Virus record (IMG/VR): IMGVR_UViG_3300008259_003073
Length of the DNA stretch: 64,000 nucleotides
Direction: 5' to 3' (one strand)
Source: a virus
Taxonomy: Duplodnaviria; Caudoviricetes
Shown one piece after another: positions 49,609 to 59,047 of the stretch. The position numbers and the translations under genes were made by a program. Each line of letters begins with the position of its first letter. Position 1 is the first letter of the stretch. A model generated the notes under the pieces. That model saw only the letters and a list, made by a program, of their open reading frames with translations, had not been told where the DNA came from and did no database searches.

Positions 49609-50262
49609 TTATTTAGATTTATTGTAATTTTGTCTTTCAATAACAGTACTCATATGGTCTGCCCAATGCATTATATACTGAATGTTTGATTTAAGATACT
49701 TGGATACATCAAATACTTTATAGTATTTTACATTATCCTCATCATACATACCATCTGTAAGTTTAATACCAAAGTATTCATTTTCATTATACTGAATACC
49801 ATACCTATTAAGTAAGAAGAAAGTTCTATCAGTAATAGCCATATACGAGTTCTTACTATTTCTAGTATAGACTTCACCTTTATTTTTTACATGCCAATCT
49901 GATTCATTAGGATGATAATGTAATTCTTCTTTGGTTCCTAACTTACCTAAATCATGATGTAGTGCTACAAAAATTAATTCTTCATCTGTAAAATCAGGTT
50001 CACCACCTTGTGATGTAAATAGATTTTTTACAGCAAGTGCATTCTTGCAAACATTAAAAATATGGTCGATATAACCACCTGGATATGCATTATGAAAATT
50101 TAAATTACCAGAAGCTGGTGAAATCATAAGGTTACCACCTAATTCTGATTCAGAATACATATGAAGAAGTTTTTCTAATCTTTCACCTGTGAAGTACTTT
50201 TCTAGGATTTTGAGAAACTTTTCGTAATTTGCTTTTAATTCTTGTTCTGTTTTTTGCTTCAT
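49609..50262 (-). CDS. HD-domain phosphohydrolase (YhaM-like HD region)
   Basis: FHNAYPGGYIDH, ALHHDLGKLG, MHWADHMS. Confidence 0.85.
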   Translation of the reverse strand: MKQKTEQELKANYEKFLKILEKYFTGERLEKLLHMYSESELGGNLMISPASGNLNFHNAYPGGYIDHIFNVCKNALAVKNLFTSQGGEPDFTDEELIFVALHHDLGKLGTKEELHYHPNESDWHVKNKGEVYTRNSKNSYMAITDRTFFLLNRYGIQYNENEYFGIKLTDGMYDEDNVKYYKVFDVSKYLKSNIQYIMHWADHMSTVIERQNYNKSK

Positions 50263-50300
50263 TTTCTTGAGTAGTAATGAGTTTAACTATTAATAATACC

Positions 50301-50331
50301 CAAACATACGAAAAATTTTCAAATTTTCCTA
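50301..50331 (-). promoter_or_regulatory. Primary-sigma promoter
   Basis: TAG-N20-TATGTTTG (perfect -7 element, variant -33). Confidence 0.65.
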
Positions 50332-50335
50332 GTCA

Positions 50336-50650
50336 TTACATAAAAAGTTTTTTCTTTGTTAGGATTTCATACAGAATTTCAACTTCTTCTTCAGTAGTTA
50401 ATTCAGGTAAATCATCATCAAATAATCGAACGGTGTAGATTGTGTTTCCGTTTTCATCAAAAAATTCATCAGATTCGGAACTGAATAATACTGGAGCAAA
50501 TTCTATATTTTCTATATCATCTTCATCTATATCTACCAATGGTATGACGTAATAATGGTAGGAATCTATACCATCTTCTACTTCTATTTTATGACACTTC
50601 CATCTATTGAAGCTATTTTCGGTTATTGGATTCTGCGGTAATATAATCAT
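50336..50650 (-). CDS. Acidic hypothetical protein
   Basis: 104 aa; promoter TTG-N20-TATATTTA at 50669-50699. Confidence 0.65.
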   Translation of the reverse strand: MIILPQNPITENSFNRWKCHKIEVEDGIDSYHYYVIPLVDIDEDDIENIEFAPVLFSSESDEFFDENGNTIYTVRLFDDDLPELTTEEEVEILYEILTKKKLFM

Positions 50651-50668
50651 AATTAAAATTTTTACAAG

Positions 50669-50699
50669 TAAATATAGTAAAAAAATATGAATTTTACAA
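50669..50699 (-). promoter_or_regulatory. Primary-sigma promoter
   Basis: TTTG-N20-TATATTTA. Confidence 0.65.
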
Positions 50700-50710
50700 A
50701 TTACCGTTTC

Positions 50711-51361
50711 TTATAATAATTTTTTACCATCTTCATTAAATAATGATGAGTATACATAATTAGCGAATTGTTTATGCCCAAGAAAACTTAAATGGTAATC
50801 TTCCATTTTACCTTTGGTAGCATCTTTTATATTCTGTGCGTGTGAATCCTCCCAAATAGTTTGTGTATAAAATTCAAAATATTTATAACATTTTATTATA
50901 GATTTTAAAAAATCATATCGTTTCTCGTGACGTTTACGATATACATCGTGTCCACTAAAGTAATATGAAAAATTAACAATAGTTTCATATTTTTCTTTAT
51001 TTTCAATTGTGGTCTTATAACCAGTATCGGATTTAATAACCTCACCACATACATTATAAAATTCATCTGGATTATGAGATGGTATATCAAATCTATATGA
51101 AAAAGTTTTATTAACAATTACAATATCGTTTTCCGAAATTGAATGATAATTATCTATTATCTTATCAAATATATAATCGTTAGATGCTCCACATTTTCCT
51201 AAATTATTTAATTTATAACCTAATTTATTAGCCAATATAACAGGCCAAATCAAATCATCATCTGATTTTTTATATTTTTTATAGTATTCATCTCCCTCAT
51301 AATTTGGTACACACCCGTGTCCAAAGGTCATTGAATCACCAAAAGTCCAAAGTGTTGCCAT
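50711..51361 (-). CDS. SGNH/GDSL-like protein
   Basis: WTFGDSMTFG, GKCGASN, DYHLSFLGH (DxH). Confidence 0.75.
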   Translation of the reverse strand: MATLWTFGDSMTFGHGCVPNYEGDEYYKKYKKSDDDLIWPVILANKLGYKLNNLGKCGASNDYIFDKIIDNYHSISENDIVIVNKTFSYRFDIPSHNPDEFYNVCGEVIKSDTGYKTTIENKEKYETIVNFSYYFSGHDVYRKRHEKRYDFLKSIIKCYKYFEFYTQTIWEDSHAQNIKDATKGKMEDYHLSFLGHKQFANYVYSSLFNEDGKKLL

Positions 51362-51364
51362 TAT

Positions 51365-52414
51365 TTAAATTAAAGGTTTTTCAGTTGTATATAAATGATG
51401 AAAATTATGTATTACATTTGGAATATTTTTAACTTTATCCAATTCTAACAAAAACGAATTATATTCAGCATGGTCTGGATTTGCTACATTTTTAATTTTA
51501 AATTCAGCTTCACTAAATGTACCCCAATCAGAAATCACATTGGTTCTAATATCCCATTTTACTTTAGTTTCTCTTTTATCCATATATGATTTAATCATTT
51601 TATAAAAATCGTACATTTCTTTATAATTAGTATCTTGCACTACAAATGAAAAAATATATTCTTTTATAGTTGGTATTTTTGTTATAAACTTTAAATTTTC
51701 ATGCAACACATCCCAATTACCTCCAATTCTAGTTTTAGTTTCGTATGTTTCTTTTGTAGCAGCATCTATTGAAATCTCACAAGTATTAACATAACGATGT
51801 ATACCATTCATTTTCTCCCACATTTCAGGAGTCCATAATGAACCATTTGTATGTAAATGAATTGATTTTAATTTTTTAAATCTATTTGAATCCAATGTAA
51901 TAAGAAACTGTCTGAATGATTTTGAGAAAAATGGGTCAGCTGAACCACTTAATACCAATCGTTCAACGAACGGTGATATTTCATCGTTAATTTCAGTTAG
52001 TTTTTTTTCTACGGATATTCGTTTACTACCTTTATAATTTATTAATTCAACCCTACAAGATGGGCATTGAAAATTACAGCTTCTATCAAATGTAAAATTA
52101 ATTATTTTAGGCCCCTTTGTTTTATGTAAATAATCAACATTTTCGGATGTATTGGGTATGAATTTAGAAGGTATTCTATTACTTTTAAAACTTGCTAAAT
52201 ATGGACACAAAAATTCATTACAGTATTTGTAACTACCATCAGTTACACTATCTCTTATTTTTTCAGAAATTTCAGAATTAAAACTATCCAATATCCCTTT
52301 ACCACTATTAATATCCGTACTTAACCAAGATGGACAACATAAAAATTGTTTATTATCTTCTACCTCTGTAAAGAAGAATGGAGTTGTGCATATATATTTT
52401 GATTTATCAATCAT
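51365..52414 (-). CDS. Radical SAM protein with N-terminal Cys cluster
   Basis: CNFQCPSC, SGSADPF, LHTNGSL; ICTTPF..LCCPSW. Confidence 0.88.
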   Translation of the reverse strand: MIDKSKYICTTPFFFTEVEDNKQFLCCPSWLSTDINSGKGILDSFNSEISEKIRDSVTDGSYKYCNEFLCPYLASFKSNRIPSKFIPNTSENVDYLHKTKGPKIINFTFDRSCNFQCPSCRVELINYKGSKRISVEKKLTEINDEISPFVERLVLSGSADPFFSKSFRQFLITLDSNRFKKLKSIHLHTNGSLWTPEMWEKMNGIHRYVNTCEISIDAATKETYETKTRIGGNWDVLHENLKFITKIPTIKEYIFSFVVQDTNYKEMYDFYKMIKSYMDKRETKVKWDIRTNVISDWGTFSEAEFKIKNVANPDHAEYNSFLLELDKVKNIPNVIHNFHHLYTTEKPLI

Positions 52415-52893
52415 ACTAATTTATTCTTTAATAAATCTTTACTTAAAAATGCAATTAGAGACCATCGTTCACCACTAGTAACCTCTGTTACTTCGTGTAA
52501 TCTACTACCATAAAAGGTATAGATATTTCCGGCAATTTTAGGTACAATAAATTTTGGATTATAGCAAATGAGTTCTCCTCCTTGATAATCATCATTTAAA
52601 CAAGCACCTATGTTATATAAACTATGTTTATCAATATGAGGTTCAAATTTATTTCCCTTTTGTACATTTTGTAAATGAATCACATTGAGTGGTTTATTCA
52701 ATGTGATGTTTGTATTCATTTTAAGATAGTTTAACAATCGTTCAAATATCCATTCAGTTATTTCATTTCTTTCTATATGCCAAGCAAAATAAATAGTTTC
52801 ATTACTTTCCCACCATTCATTTGATAAATGTTTTTGAAATAAATTTGATAATGATATTATTTCGTTACATTCTTCTTTTGTAAAGTTTATCAT
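52411..52893 (-). CDS. 2OG-Fe(II) oxygenase (prolyl-4-hydroxylase-like)
   Basis: FEPHID, LNDDYQGGEL, HEVTEVTSGERWSL. Confidence 0.88.
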   Translation of the reverse strand: MINFTKEECNEIISLSNLFQKHLSNEWWESNETIYFAWHIERNEITEWIFERLLNYLKMNTNITLNKPLNVIHLQNVQKGNKFEPHIDKHSLYNIGACLNDDYQGGELICYNPKFIVPKIAGNIYTFYGSRLHEVTEVTSGERWSLIAFLSKDLLKNKLV

Positions 52894-52929
52894 TATAAAA
52901 ATTATTTTTTTATTAAGTCAATCAGAACA

Positions 52930-53463
52930 CTATATTAGTGATTTATTTAATGCGAAATTATCAATTGATAACCAAAAAACAATACTATATCGTATACCAT
53001 CTTTAATTTTATTAACACTATGTTCGATAGATGAATCAAACATTATAACATTTCCAATTTCTTTTGAAGATACTATTGTATCATCATTGTGAAAAATACA
53101 TAATTCACCACCATCATAATCGGTTTCATTTGAAAGTTGTATTATTAAAGTTTTATATCTGTTTGGATATTCAATGCCTGAATCGGTATGTCTTTTGAAC
53201 TCTTGATTTTTATCATATTTCAGAATTATAAAAAAATCAGGTAAATTTTTTATTTCAAATTCTTTCAACTTTTCTAACATCATATTTGATAAATTATGTG
53301 TTAGCTCTATAGTTAACTCACTTGAAGTTCTATGTTCTGATATAACATCAATATTACTATATCCTGTTACTTTACTGCGTTTGAATGATTCATCATCAGA
53401 TAATGATTTAAAGTAATGACAATCATCTTTATTGAATAATTTTTTTTGAATAATAGATTGCAT
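52930..53463 (-). CDS. 2OG-Fe(II) oxygenase (PKHD/prolyl-4-hydroxylase-like)
   Basis: FKRHTD, QLSNETDYDGGEL, HSVNKIKDGIRYSIV. Confidence 0.88.
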   Translation of the reverse strand: MQSIIQKKLFNKDDCHYFKSLSDDESFKRSKVTGYSNIDVISEHRTSSELTIELTHNLSNMMLEKLKEFEIKNLPDFFIILKYDKNQEFKRHTDSGIEYPNRYKTLIIQLSNETDYDGGELCIFHNDDTIVSSKEIGNVIMFDSSIEHSVNKIKDGIRYSIVFWLSIDNFALNKSLI

Positions 53464-53464
53464 C

Positions 53465-53941
53465 TTACATTAATTTTGGTTCTCTAACTCTCTCGTATGC
53501 TAATATCATACCAACTAACCAATCCGATGTTAATGTATCTCTTTCGTGAAATATTTTACTTCCTTCGAATATTACCCCATCACCTTGTTCTAAAATTATT
53601 TCAACTTTTTCACCACCAATCCAAAGATATAAAGGACTTGCAATTGTATCAGATTGTTTAATTAAAACACTAATAACAAGTTCACATACATCTTTGTGCT
53701 TGTGAAGTTTTTGTCCTTTAAGTGATTTTCTAGTATACCCTAAAACGGTATTTACTTTGGTTGAATAAAATTTTTCAACTTCTATTTTTAATTTTTCGGT
53801 ATACCTATCAGATATTTCCCATTTATGTACTATATCAGAATCTTTAACTAGCCAATCTTTTTTCTTTTCTAGTTTTTCAAATTCAGAAAAAATGAATTCA
53901 CATTCATCTAACGATAAAGCATTTTTAAGTATTTTATACAT
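53465..53941 (-). CDS. 2OG-Fe(II) oxygenase
   Basis: LHKHKD, GDGVIFEGSKIFHER. Confidence 0.8.
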   Translation of the reverse strand: MYKILKNALSLDECEFIFSEFEKLEKKKDWLVKDSDIVHKWEISDRYTEKLKIEVEKFYSTKVNTVLGYTRKSLKGQKLHKHKDVCELVISVLIKQSDTIASPLYLWIGGEKVEIILEQGDGVIFEGSKIFHERDTLTSDWLVGMILAYERVREPKLM

Positions 53942-53943
53942 AA

Positions 53944-54525
53944 TTAAATTAAATCTTTATCTTCGATTTTAAAATCAACAAAAGGTTCATTTACATTAAG
54001 TAGTGTATGTATTTTTTTATACATTTCATAACACCCCTTTGGTCCAGGATGGTCATCTCGTTTTTCACCAGCACCTTCTTGCCAATTTGAACTAACTTGT
54101 ATTAAGGATACAAAATCTTCTGTACCCTTATTAAAAGTTTCATTCCAAGTAACAAATACTGGATTATACTCCTTTAGTAAAGTTTGAAGTTTTTTAAAAA
54201 ATTTTATTTCATTATTTCTCTCACCATCTAACCATCGATAGTGTTCATCTACTTTCAAACAAGCTAATTTATTTATTAAATTACCATTTGCATAAAATCG
54301 AGTAGGTATTCTACCAGGTTCGGTAAACATAATCAAAACTCTATCCCCAGGCTCAAATTCTGGTAAATCTCCTAATTGAAATATTATGGAGTTATTATCT
54401 GACCCACGCACCGCGAATTTGTAAAATTCGTAATGGTGTGACAGATAATATGTCCAATGGTATTTCGGAATATCAAAATCAACGAATGAATCTCCAAAAC
54501 AAAATAACCTAGGTTTCATAATCAT
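53944..54525 (-). CDS. SGNH/GDSL-like protein
   Basis: FCFGDSF, RGSDN, DDHPGPKG. Confidence 0.75.
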   Translation of the reverse strand: MIMKPRLFCFGDSFVDFDIPKYHWTYYLSHHYEFYKFAVRGSDNNSIIFQLGDLPEFEPGDRVLIMFTEPGRIPTRFYANGNLINKLACLKVDEHYRWLDGERNNEIKFFKKLQTLLKEYNPVFVTWNETFNKGTEDFVSLIQVSSNWQEGAGEKRDDHPGPKGCYEMYKKIHTLLNVNEPFVDFKIEDKDLI

Positions 54526-54530
54526 TTGTA

Positions 54531-54683
54531 TTACAAATGTTTTGCAATAAATAATTCAAAAAATTTATTAACTACAAGTTGAACTCTTCCCTTTTCTTCT
54601 GGTGTTAATTGAGATGTAGTTCTATTATTGACAGCATTTAATGCCTTTTTTTTGTACAACGGCGGGTGGTTGGTTATGTTCAT
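54531..54683 (-). CDS. Small basic hypothetical protein (50 aa)
   Basis: Hand translation MNITNHPPLYKKKALNAVNNRTTSQLTPEEKGRVQLVVNKFFELFIAKHL*; fills gap exactly. Confidence 0.6.
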   Translation of the reverse strand: MNITNHPPLYKKKALNAVNNRTTSQLTPEEKGRVQLVVNKFFELFIAKHL

Positions 54684-54702
54684 GATTATTTATTTTTATT
54701 TA

Positions 54703-57000
54703 TTATGCATTAATACTTGTTTGATAAAACTCTTGTCTTTTAAAAGTTTTATTTAGTAATTCATTATCTCCTAAACCGGAAACTATAAAATCCTCTACTA
54801 TAAAGTTATGTTCACTTTCAAATAAAACATCACCATCTATTTCCAAATTATAAAAGTTATCTACATATTGAATACCAAGTTCAACACCTTTTGCTTCACA
54901 AATTGGTTTCCATTCTCCATTATCATAGAATGGATGTAATCTATCGGAAATCATTCCCTTATATTTTACAACTTCAACAACATCATTGGTAGGATGTGGT
55001 ATTTTATCAGTTACAACACCTCTTACATATTCACCATTTTTATAACTCAAAACATAATCACCAATCTCAATGTCTACTATGTTTTTAAAACTACCATCTT
55101 CCATTTTTACTTTAGTATCGGCAGTGAAACACGAAGGTGGACGTAGGTTATGAACTAACACATTATTTGCAAAATAATTGTGATATGTTTCAATTTCTGA
55201 TAAGTTGTATACGATAGTAGATTCTTCTACTATATTTACATTAATCAATTTAACATCTCCATTATGTAACTTTACAACATCACCGATTTCTATTTTTTCT
55301 ACTTCTATTTTTTTAACAGGCTTAATTCCTTCAAATGAATCATCATTATATTGTTCTGGTTCACCTAAATAGTTAACCCATCCCTTATTGATGACGTAAA
55401 TTGGATGGTCTAATGTTGCTTTTAAAATACTTCCATCTGAAAATTCATATTCAACAATCTTATCAATTTGTTTAGAAAAAGTATTTAAAACTTTACTAAC
55501 TTTTGGTTCGTTATTTTTTAAATCAAATGAAACTACATAATCACCTACAACTACATCTTCGATATTTTTTGTAAGTCCATTTTCTAACAAAATTTGTGTA
55601 CCTGCAACGAAGCAAGGTGCGTTATGAGAAACTACTGAATTGAATGCAGTAGAACCACTTATAATATAGGTATCGGTATCTTCAACATCTAATTCTATAT
55701 AAGTTAAATTATTGTCGGTAGATACATAAAAATTTAATTCATCTATATCAATTAGATTACCATTGGCATCGTATAAATAATCTACTTCAGGATTTATATT
55801 ATATATTTCTTTAAATGAACTTGCATTAGAGCTAGAATCAAAAATTAAAAACGATTTTGCTATTCCAGAGAAAAGAGAATCATCATCTACTTTTAATTCA
55901 AACATACTATTATATTTTAAGTTTTCATACTTTTTATAAATTACAATAGATGATGTTAAGTATGAACCAATTGGAAACTCATTTGTTGGAAAACTATAAT
56001 TAGTATCCGTCTCCTCTTCAACAGAACGAGATATATAATAAGATTTTACATAATCACCCACAACAAACTCTGATATAGGTTTGTAAGTATTTTCATCAGT
56101 TAGTATTTGGTGAGTTGATAGTATTCCTGCTGAATCATTTTTGAATAAGTTAGTTGTAAACTCATAGTAGTGATAATCGGCTATTTTATTTGTATATTGA
56201 TTTTCAACTACTTCAGAACTTAAATCGGTTGGTAAGTCAAATATTGAACTAATTTTATAAGTATGTAAATTTACTACTTCTAAATTAGAGCCATATACTA
56301 TTCCAAAAAATCTATAAGATGTTATGTGGTTATTATCATCTACATTAGATGGGTGAAAATGATATTGCTCTATTAACTTATCTTCTGCTGCGTTTTCACT
56401 AATAAAGTTATTCCATCTATCTTCTGATGATTCGTTTTCAGTTTGAAAACCTATTTTAAAGAAATCAATTGGATTATGAATTTCATTCACATCCTTTATA
56501 GTTACATCTGGTATATTGTTTGGGTTTATCTCATTTGTAAGAGTGTTTTTTTCACCAAATGATGATGAATGATAATATGAAATAGAATAATCATTTATAG
56601 AATTATCCGTAAATAAATTAAAAACATTTAATCTATTTTTACAGTATTCACTATCAAACAGAGCAGATTCATCATACGCTAATCTCAAAATAAATTTATT
56701 ATCAGAATCCTCAACTTGTGTTGGGTATATTGTACCATTACTTTCTTTATGTAAATTTATAACGGTTGTATCTGATGATAGAGAAGATGTAAGTTGGTTT
56801 ACAAATTTTTGATGAATATCTGGTTTATAGATAATATCTAATTCAGAGATACTATTATCTACAAGTATTTGGTTAAAATCAGAAAAATCAAAATTAACTA
56901 ATTCCTGATTTATAAATCCAGTATCAGTATTTAATTCTAATAATCTCAAATTACCAGTTGAGTCTTTTACAAAATCTGCGGAAAATAGTGTTCCTTTCAT
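54703..57000 (-). CDS. Circularly permuted ATP-grasp-like domain fused to three tandem Hint domains
   Basis: N-terminal SADF..LRLLELNTDTG, VTIKD, LIEQY, SYRFF; Hint1 aa292-460 (G..HN), Hint2 aa463-618 (CF..TLDH..HN), Hint3 aa624-742 (CF..LH..SG). Confidence 0.8.
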   Translation of the reverse strand: MKGTLFSADFVKDSTGNLRLLELNTDTGFINQELVNFDFSDFNQILVDNSISELDIIYKPDIHQKFVNQLTSSLSSDTTVINLHKESNGTIYPTQVEDSDNKFILRLAYDESALFDSEYCKNRLNVFNLFTDNSINDYSISYYHSSSFGEKNTLTNEINPNNIPDVTIKDVNEIHNPIDFFKIGFQTENESSEDRWNNFISENAAEDKLIEQYHFHPSNVDDNNHITSYRFFGIVYGSNLEVVNLHTYKISSIFDLPTDLSSEVVENQYTNKIADYHYYEFTTNLFKNDSAGILSTHQILTDENTYKPISEFVVGDYVKSYYISRSVEEETDTNYSFPTNEFPIGSYLTSSIVIYKKYENLKYNSMFELKVDDDSLFSGIAKSFLIFDSSSNASSFKEIYNINPEVDYLYDANGNLIDIDELNFYVSTDNNLTYIELDVEDTDTYIISGSTAFNSVVSHNAPCFVAGTQILLENGLTKNIEDVVVGDYVVSFDLKNNEPKVSKVLNTFSKQIDKIVEYEFSDGSILKATLDHPIYVINKGWVNYLGEPEQYNDDSFEGIKPVKKIEVEKIEIGDVVKLHNGDVKLINVNIVEESTIVYNLSEIETYHNYFANNVLVHNLRPPSCFTADTKVKMEDGSFKNIVDIEIGDYVLSYKNGEYVRGVVTDKIPHPTNDVVEVVKYKGMISDRLHPFYDNGEWKPICEAKGVELGIQYVDNFYNLEIDGDVLFESEHNFIVEDFIVSGLGDNELLNKTFKRQEFYQTSINA

Positions 57001-57043
57001 AATGCTTTTTTTATATGTGTATTCTTATATAAATATGATTGTT

Positions 57044-57634
57044 TTAAATTAAACTTCTTTTTGATTTAACATCAATTACATTTCGTAATCTATTTCTATT
57101 ATCTAAAAGAGAATGAGAATTTATTTTTTGAATCCCCAAATAATGAGTTAACCTATTAATATCCTCATTACCTTGATATATGTTCTCATATGATACCATT
57201 AATTCAATTTGGGGTATATTAGATATTATCTCTTTATATTTCTGCAATCTAGATTCCTCCTCTTTGATTTCTTTTTCATTTTCTATTAACCATTGATTAG
57301 ATATTTCATAGCATTCTCTCCAAGTAATAGAATTTGAAGATAGTGCCCAATAATGTGATATTGCACACTCTTGTATATCGTTTCGTATTAACCCAATGAC
57401 CTTATCCCAATTACTCCAATTGAATGTATCTAATTCATTTTCTATTTCACTAATCAAATACTTTACTACTATATTGTTTTTATTTTTTTCCAATAACCTG
57501 ATTTTATAGATACTCAACATATCAAAATTATCTTTTGTTGGTTCATGAATAGTTTGATATTTTTTTTCTGAACCTATCCAATTAAGTAAAGAATACCCAC
57601 CACTTCTACCCATCGCGATTATTAGTATTCTCAT
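57044..57634 (-). CDS. Sulfotransferase-like P-loop protein
   Basis: ILIIAMGRSGG, IHEP, LIRNDIQECAISH, VSYENIY. Confidence 0.65.
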   Translation of the reverse strand: MRILIIAMGRSGGYSLLNWIGSEKKYQTIHEPTKDNFDMLSIYKIRLLEKNKNNIVVKYLISEIENELDTFNWSNWDKVIGLIRNDIQECAISHYWALSSNSITWRECYEISNQWLIENEKEIKEEESRLQKYKEIISNIPQIELMVSYENIYQGNEDINRLTHYLGIQKINSHSLLDNRNRLRNVIDVKSKRSLI

Positions 57635-57650
57635 ATTTACAAAATTGAAA

Positions 57651-58151
57651 TTAAATAACTGAATGTAGTATTAACTCATGTAATCCTTCAACGATTCCGT
57701 AATCTTTACTATCTACCCAAAAATGTAATTTTGAATGGCTTCCAAAGTTAGATTTCAATTTATTCTTTTCAGAATGACCCGACATTGTAATCATATCAAT
57801 GGAATTATCTACACAATACTTCGCACAATTCAATATGTTTTTTGAATTACCAGATGATGATATTAGTATTACCAATGTATCTCCTTCTACAAAATGTTCT
57901 AAAAACATCTGATATGCATTATCCCAACCGTAATCATTCGCATAACAACTCATTCTAGGTGTATCACCAAATGTAATTGTTTTAATTCCCAACATTTTAT
58001 GGTAATCTTCGGCTATGTGTAACGCAACCGCATTACTTCCACCATTACCCAATATAATGATATTACTATGATGGCGTATTAAGTTATTTAATGTTGCTAA
58101 TTTACCTGTCTCTATTTCAGCTAAACATTTTTTATATTCTTGTAAATTCAT
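57651..58151 (-). CDS. SIS-domain sugar-phosphate isomerase (GmhA-like)
   Basis: IILGNGGSNAVALHIAED, ANDYGW, ISSSGNSKNI, YGIVEGLH. Confidence 0.85.
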   Translation of the reverse strand: MNLQEYKKCLAEIETGKLATLNNLIRHHSNIIILGNGGSNAVALHIAEDYHKMLGIKTITFGDTPRMSCYANDYGWDNAYQMFLEHFVEGDTLVILISSSGNSKNILNCAKYCVDNSIDMITMSGHSEKNKLKSNFGSHSKLHFWVDSKDYGIVEGLHELILHSVI

Positions 58152-58158
58152 ATATTCT

Positions 58159-58395
58159 TTATAAATTTTCTACACTATTCCATTTTTTTAAATCACAACT
58201 ACCCATAACAGGTGTGAATATCTTTTTACCTAATGGGCATCCACACTCACCGCATATCTCTGTAAATACTACGGAAGGAGTTCTTGATGGACAAGTTTGA
58301 CAAATAGTGTATCGTTTTCCGGCTAATGTAGTTTGTTCGGGAGTTGGATTTGCCGCTCTTCTCCAACTTAAAAATATCTCTGATGCTTTATTCAT
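58159..58395 (-). CDS. Small Cys-rich (zinc-binding?) protein
   Basis: RYTICQTCP..ICGECGCPL..SCDLKKW. Confidence 0.7.
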   Translation of the reverse strand: MNKASEIFLSWRRAANPTPEQTTLAGKRYTICQTCPSRTPSVVFTEICGECGCPLGKKIFTPVMGSCDLKKWNSVENL

Positions 58396-58694
58396 AAAGA
58401 TTTCACTATATCATTGATTCGTTTACATTGCTCAAAGAGTTCAAAATCTATCATTCTCTGATGTATCCAATCTAATATCGAACTATACTCCTCCTTCTTA
58501 ACAGTAACGTATGCAGGTACTCCTTCAAATCTAAATATAACTAACTCTTTAGTTCCTTTGATTTTTTTGAAAATTTCGATTAAATCAATAATCTTAACCA
58601 TCTGCTCCGCCGTCATTTCTATTTTACAAATATAATCTTTCCAATCTAATTGGATATAACTTTTTTCTAAACTAGATAAAACCTTGGCGTTCAT
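58392..58694 (-). CDS. Hypothetical protein
   Basis: 100 aa ORF downstream of promoter 58719-58749. Confidence 0.65.
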   Translation of the reverse strand: MNAKVLSSLEKSYIQLDWKDYICKIEMTAEQMVKIIDLIEIFKKIKGTKELVIFRFEGVPAYVTVKKEEYSSILDWIHQRMIDFELFEQCKRINDIVKSL

Positions 58695-58718
58695 ACAGAT
58701 GTAAATGATTAGAGTATA

Positions 58719-58797
58719 ACAATATACTAATAATTATTAAATTTTCCAAAATAATCGATGAAATACTTGTTTTTTATTTCGGAATTTCGTACATTGT
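58719..58797. promoter_or_regulatory. Back-to-back divergent primary-sigma promoters
   Basis: Minus TTTG-N20-TATATTGT (58719-58749); plus TTG-N20-TACATTGT (58767-58797); marks the strand switch. Confidence 0.7.
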
Positions 58798-58819
58798 GAT
58801 TGTAATAAAGATACCCTAT

Positions 58820-58966
58820 ATGAAAAACGAAACAGATATTCTAATAAAAATATCAGAGTTAGAACTTGCACTCTCAAAAGAGATGAAACTCGATATCTTA
58901 CACGATATTAATATATTAAAAATACAAACTCAAATCGATACTCTTAATTGGGTATTAGAAAAATAA
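58820..58966 (+). CDS. Small hypothetical protein (48 aa)
   Basis: Hand translation MKNETDILIKISELELAL...IDTLNWVLEK*. Confidence 0.65.
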   Translation: MKNETDILIKISELELALSKEMKLDILHDINILKIQTQIDTLNWVLEK

Positions 58967-58978
58967 TTACGAAAGTAC

Positions 58979-59009
58979 TTGGAATTGCGAAAAGTTTTTC
59001 GTAGATTAG
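58979..59009 (+). promoter_or_regulatory. Early promoter
   Basis: TTG-GAATTGCGAAAAGTTTTTCG-TAGATTAG; near-identical to 59901-59931. Confidence 0.75.
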
Positions 59010-59047
59010 TAGAGTAATAAGAAATGAACCTTTAACCCCCCTTAATT

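Noticed and set aside
55147-55614. Hint2 as a conventional protein-splicing intein
   Set aside because: The +1 residue is Leu, not Cys/Ser/Thr; there is no homing endonuclease and it is not inserted in a conserved host protein, so cleavage rather than splicing is expected
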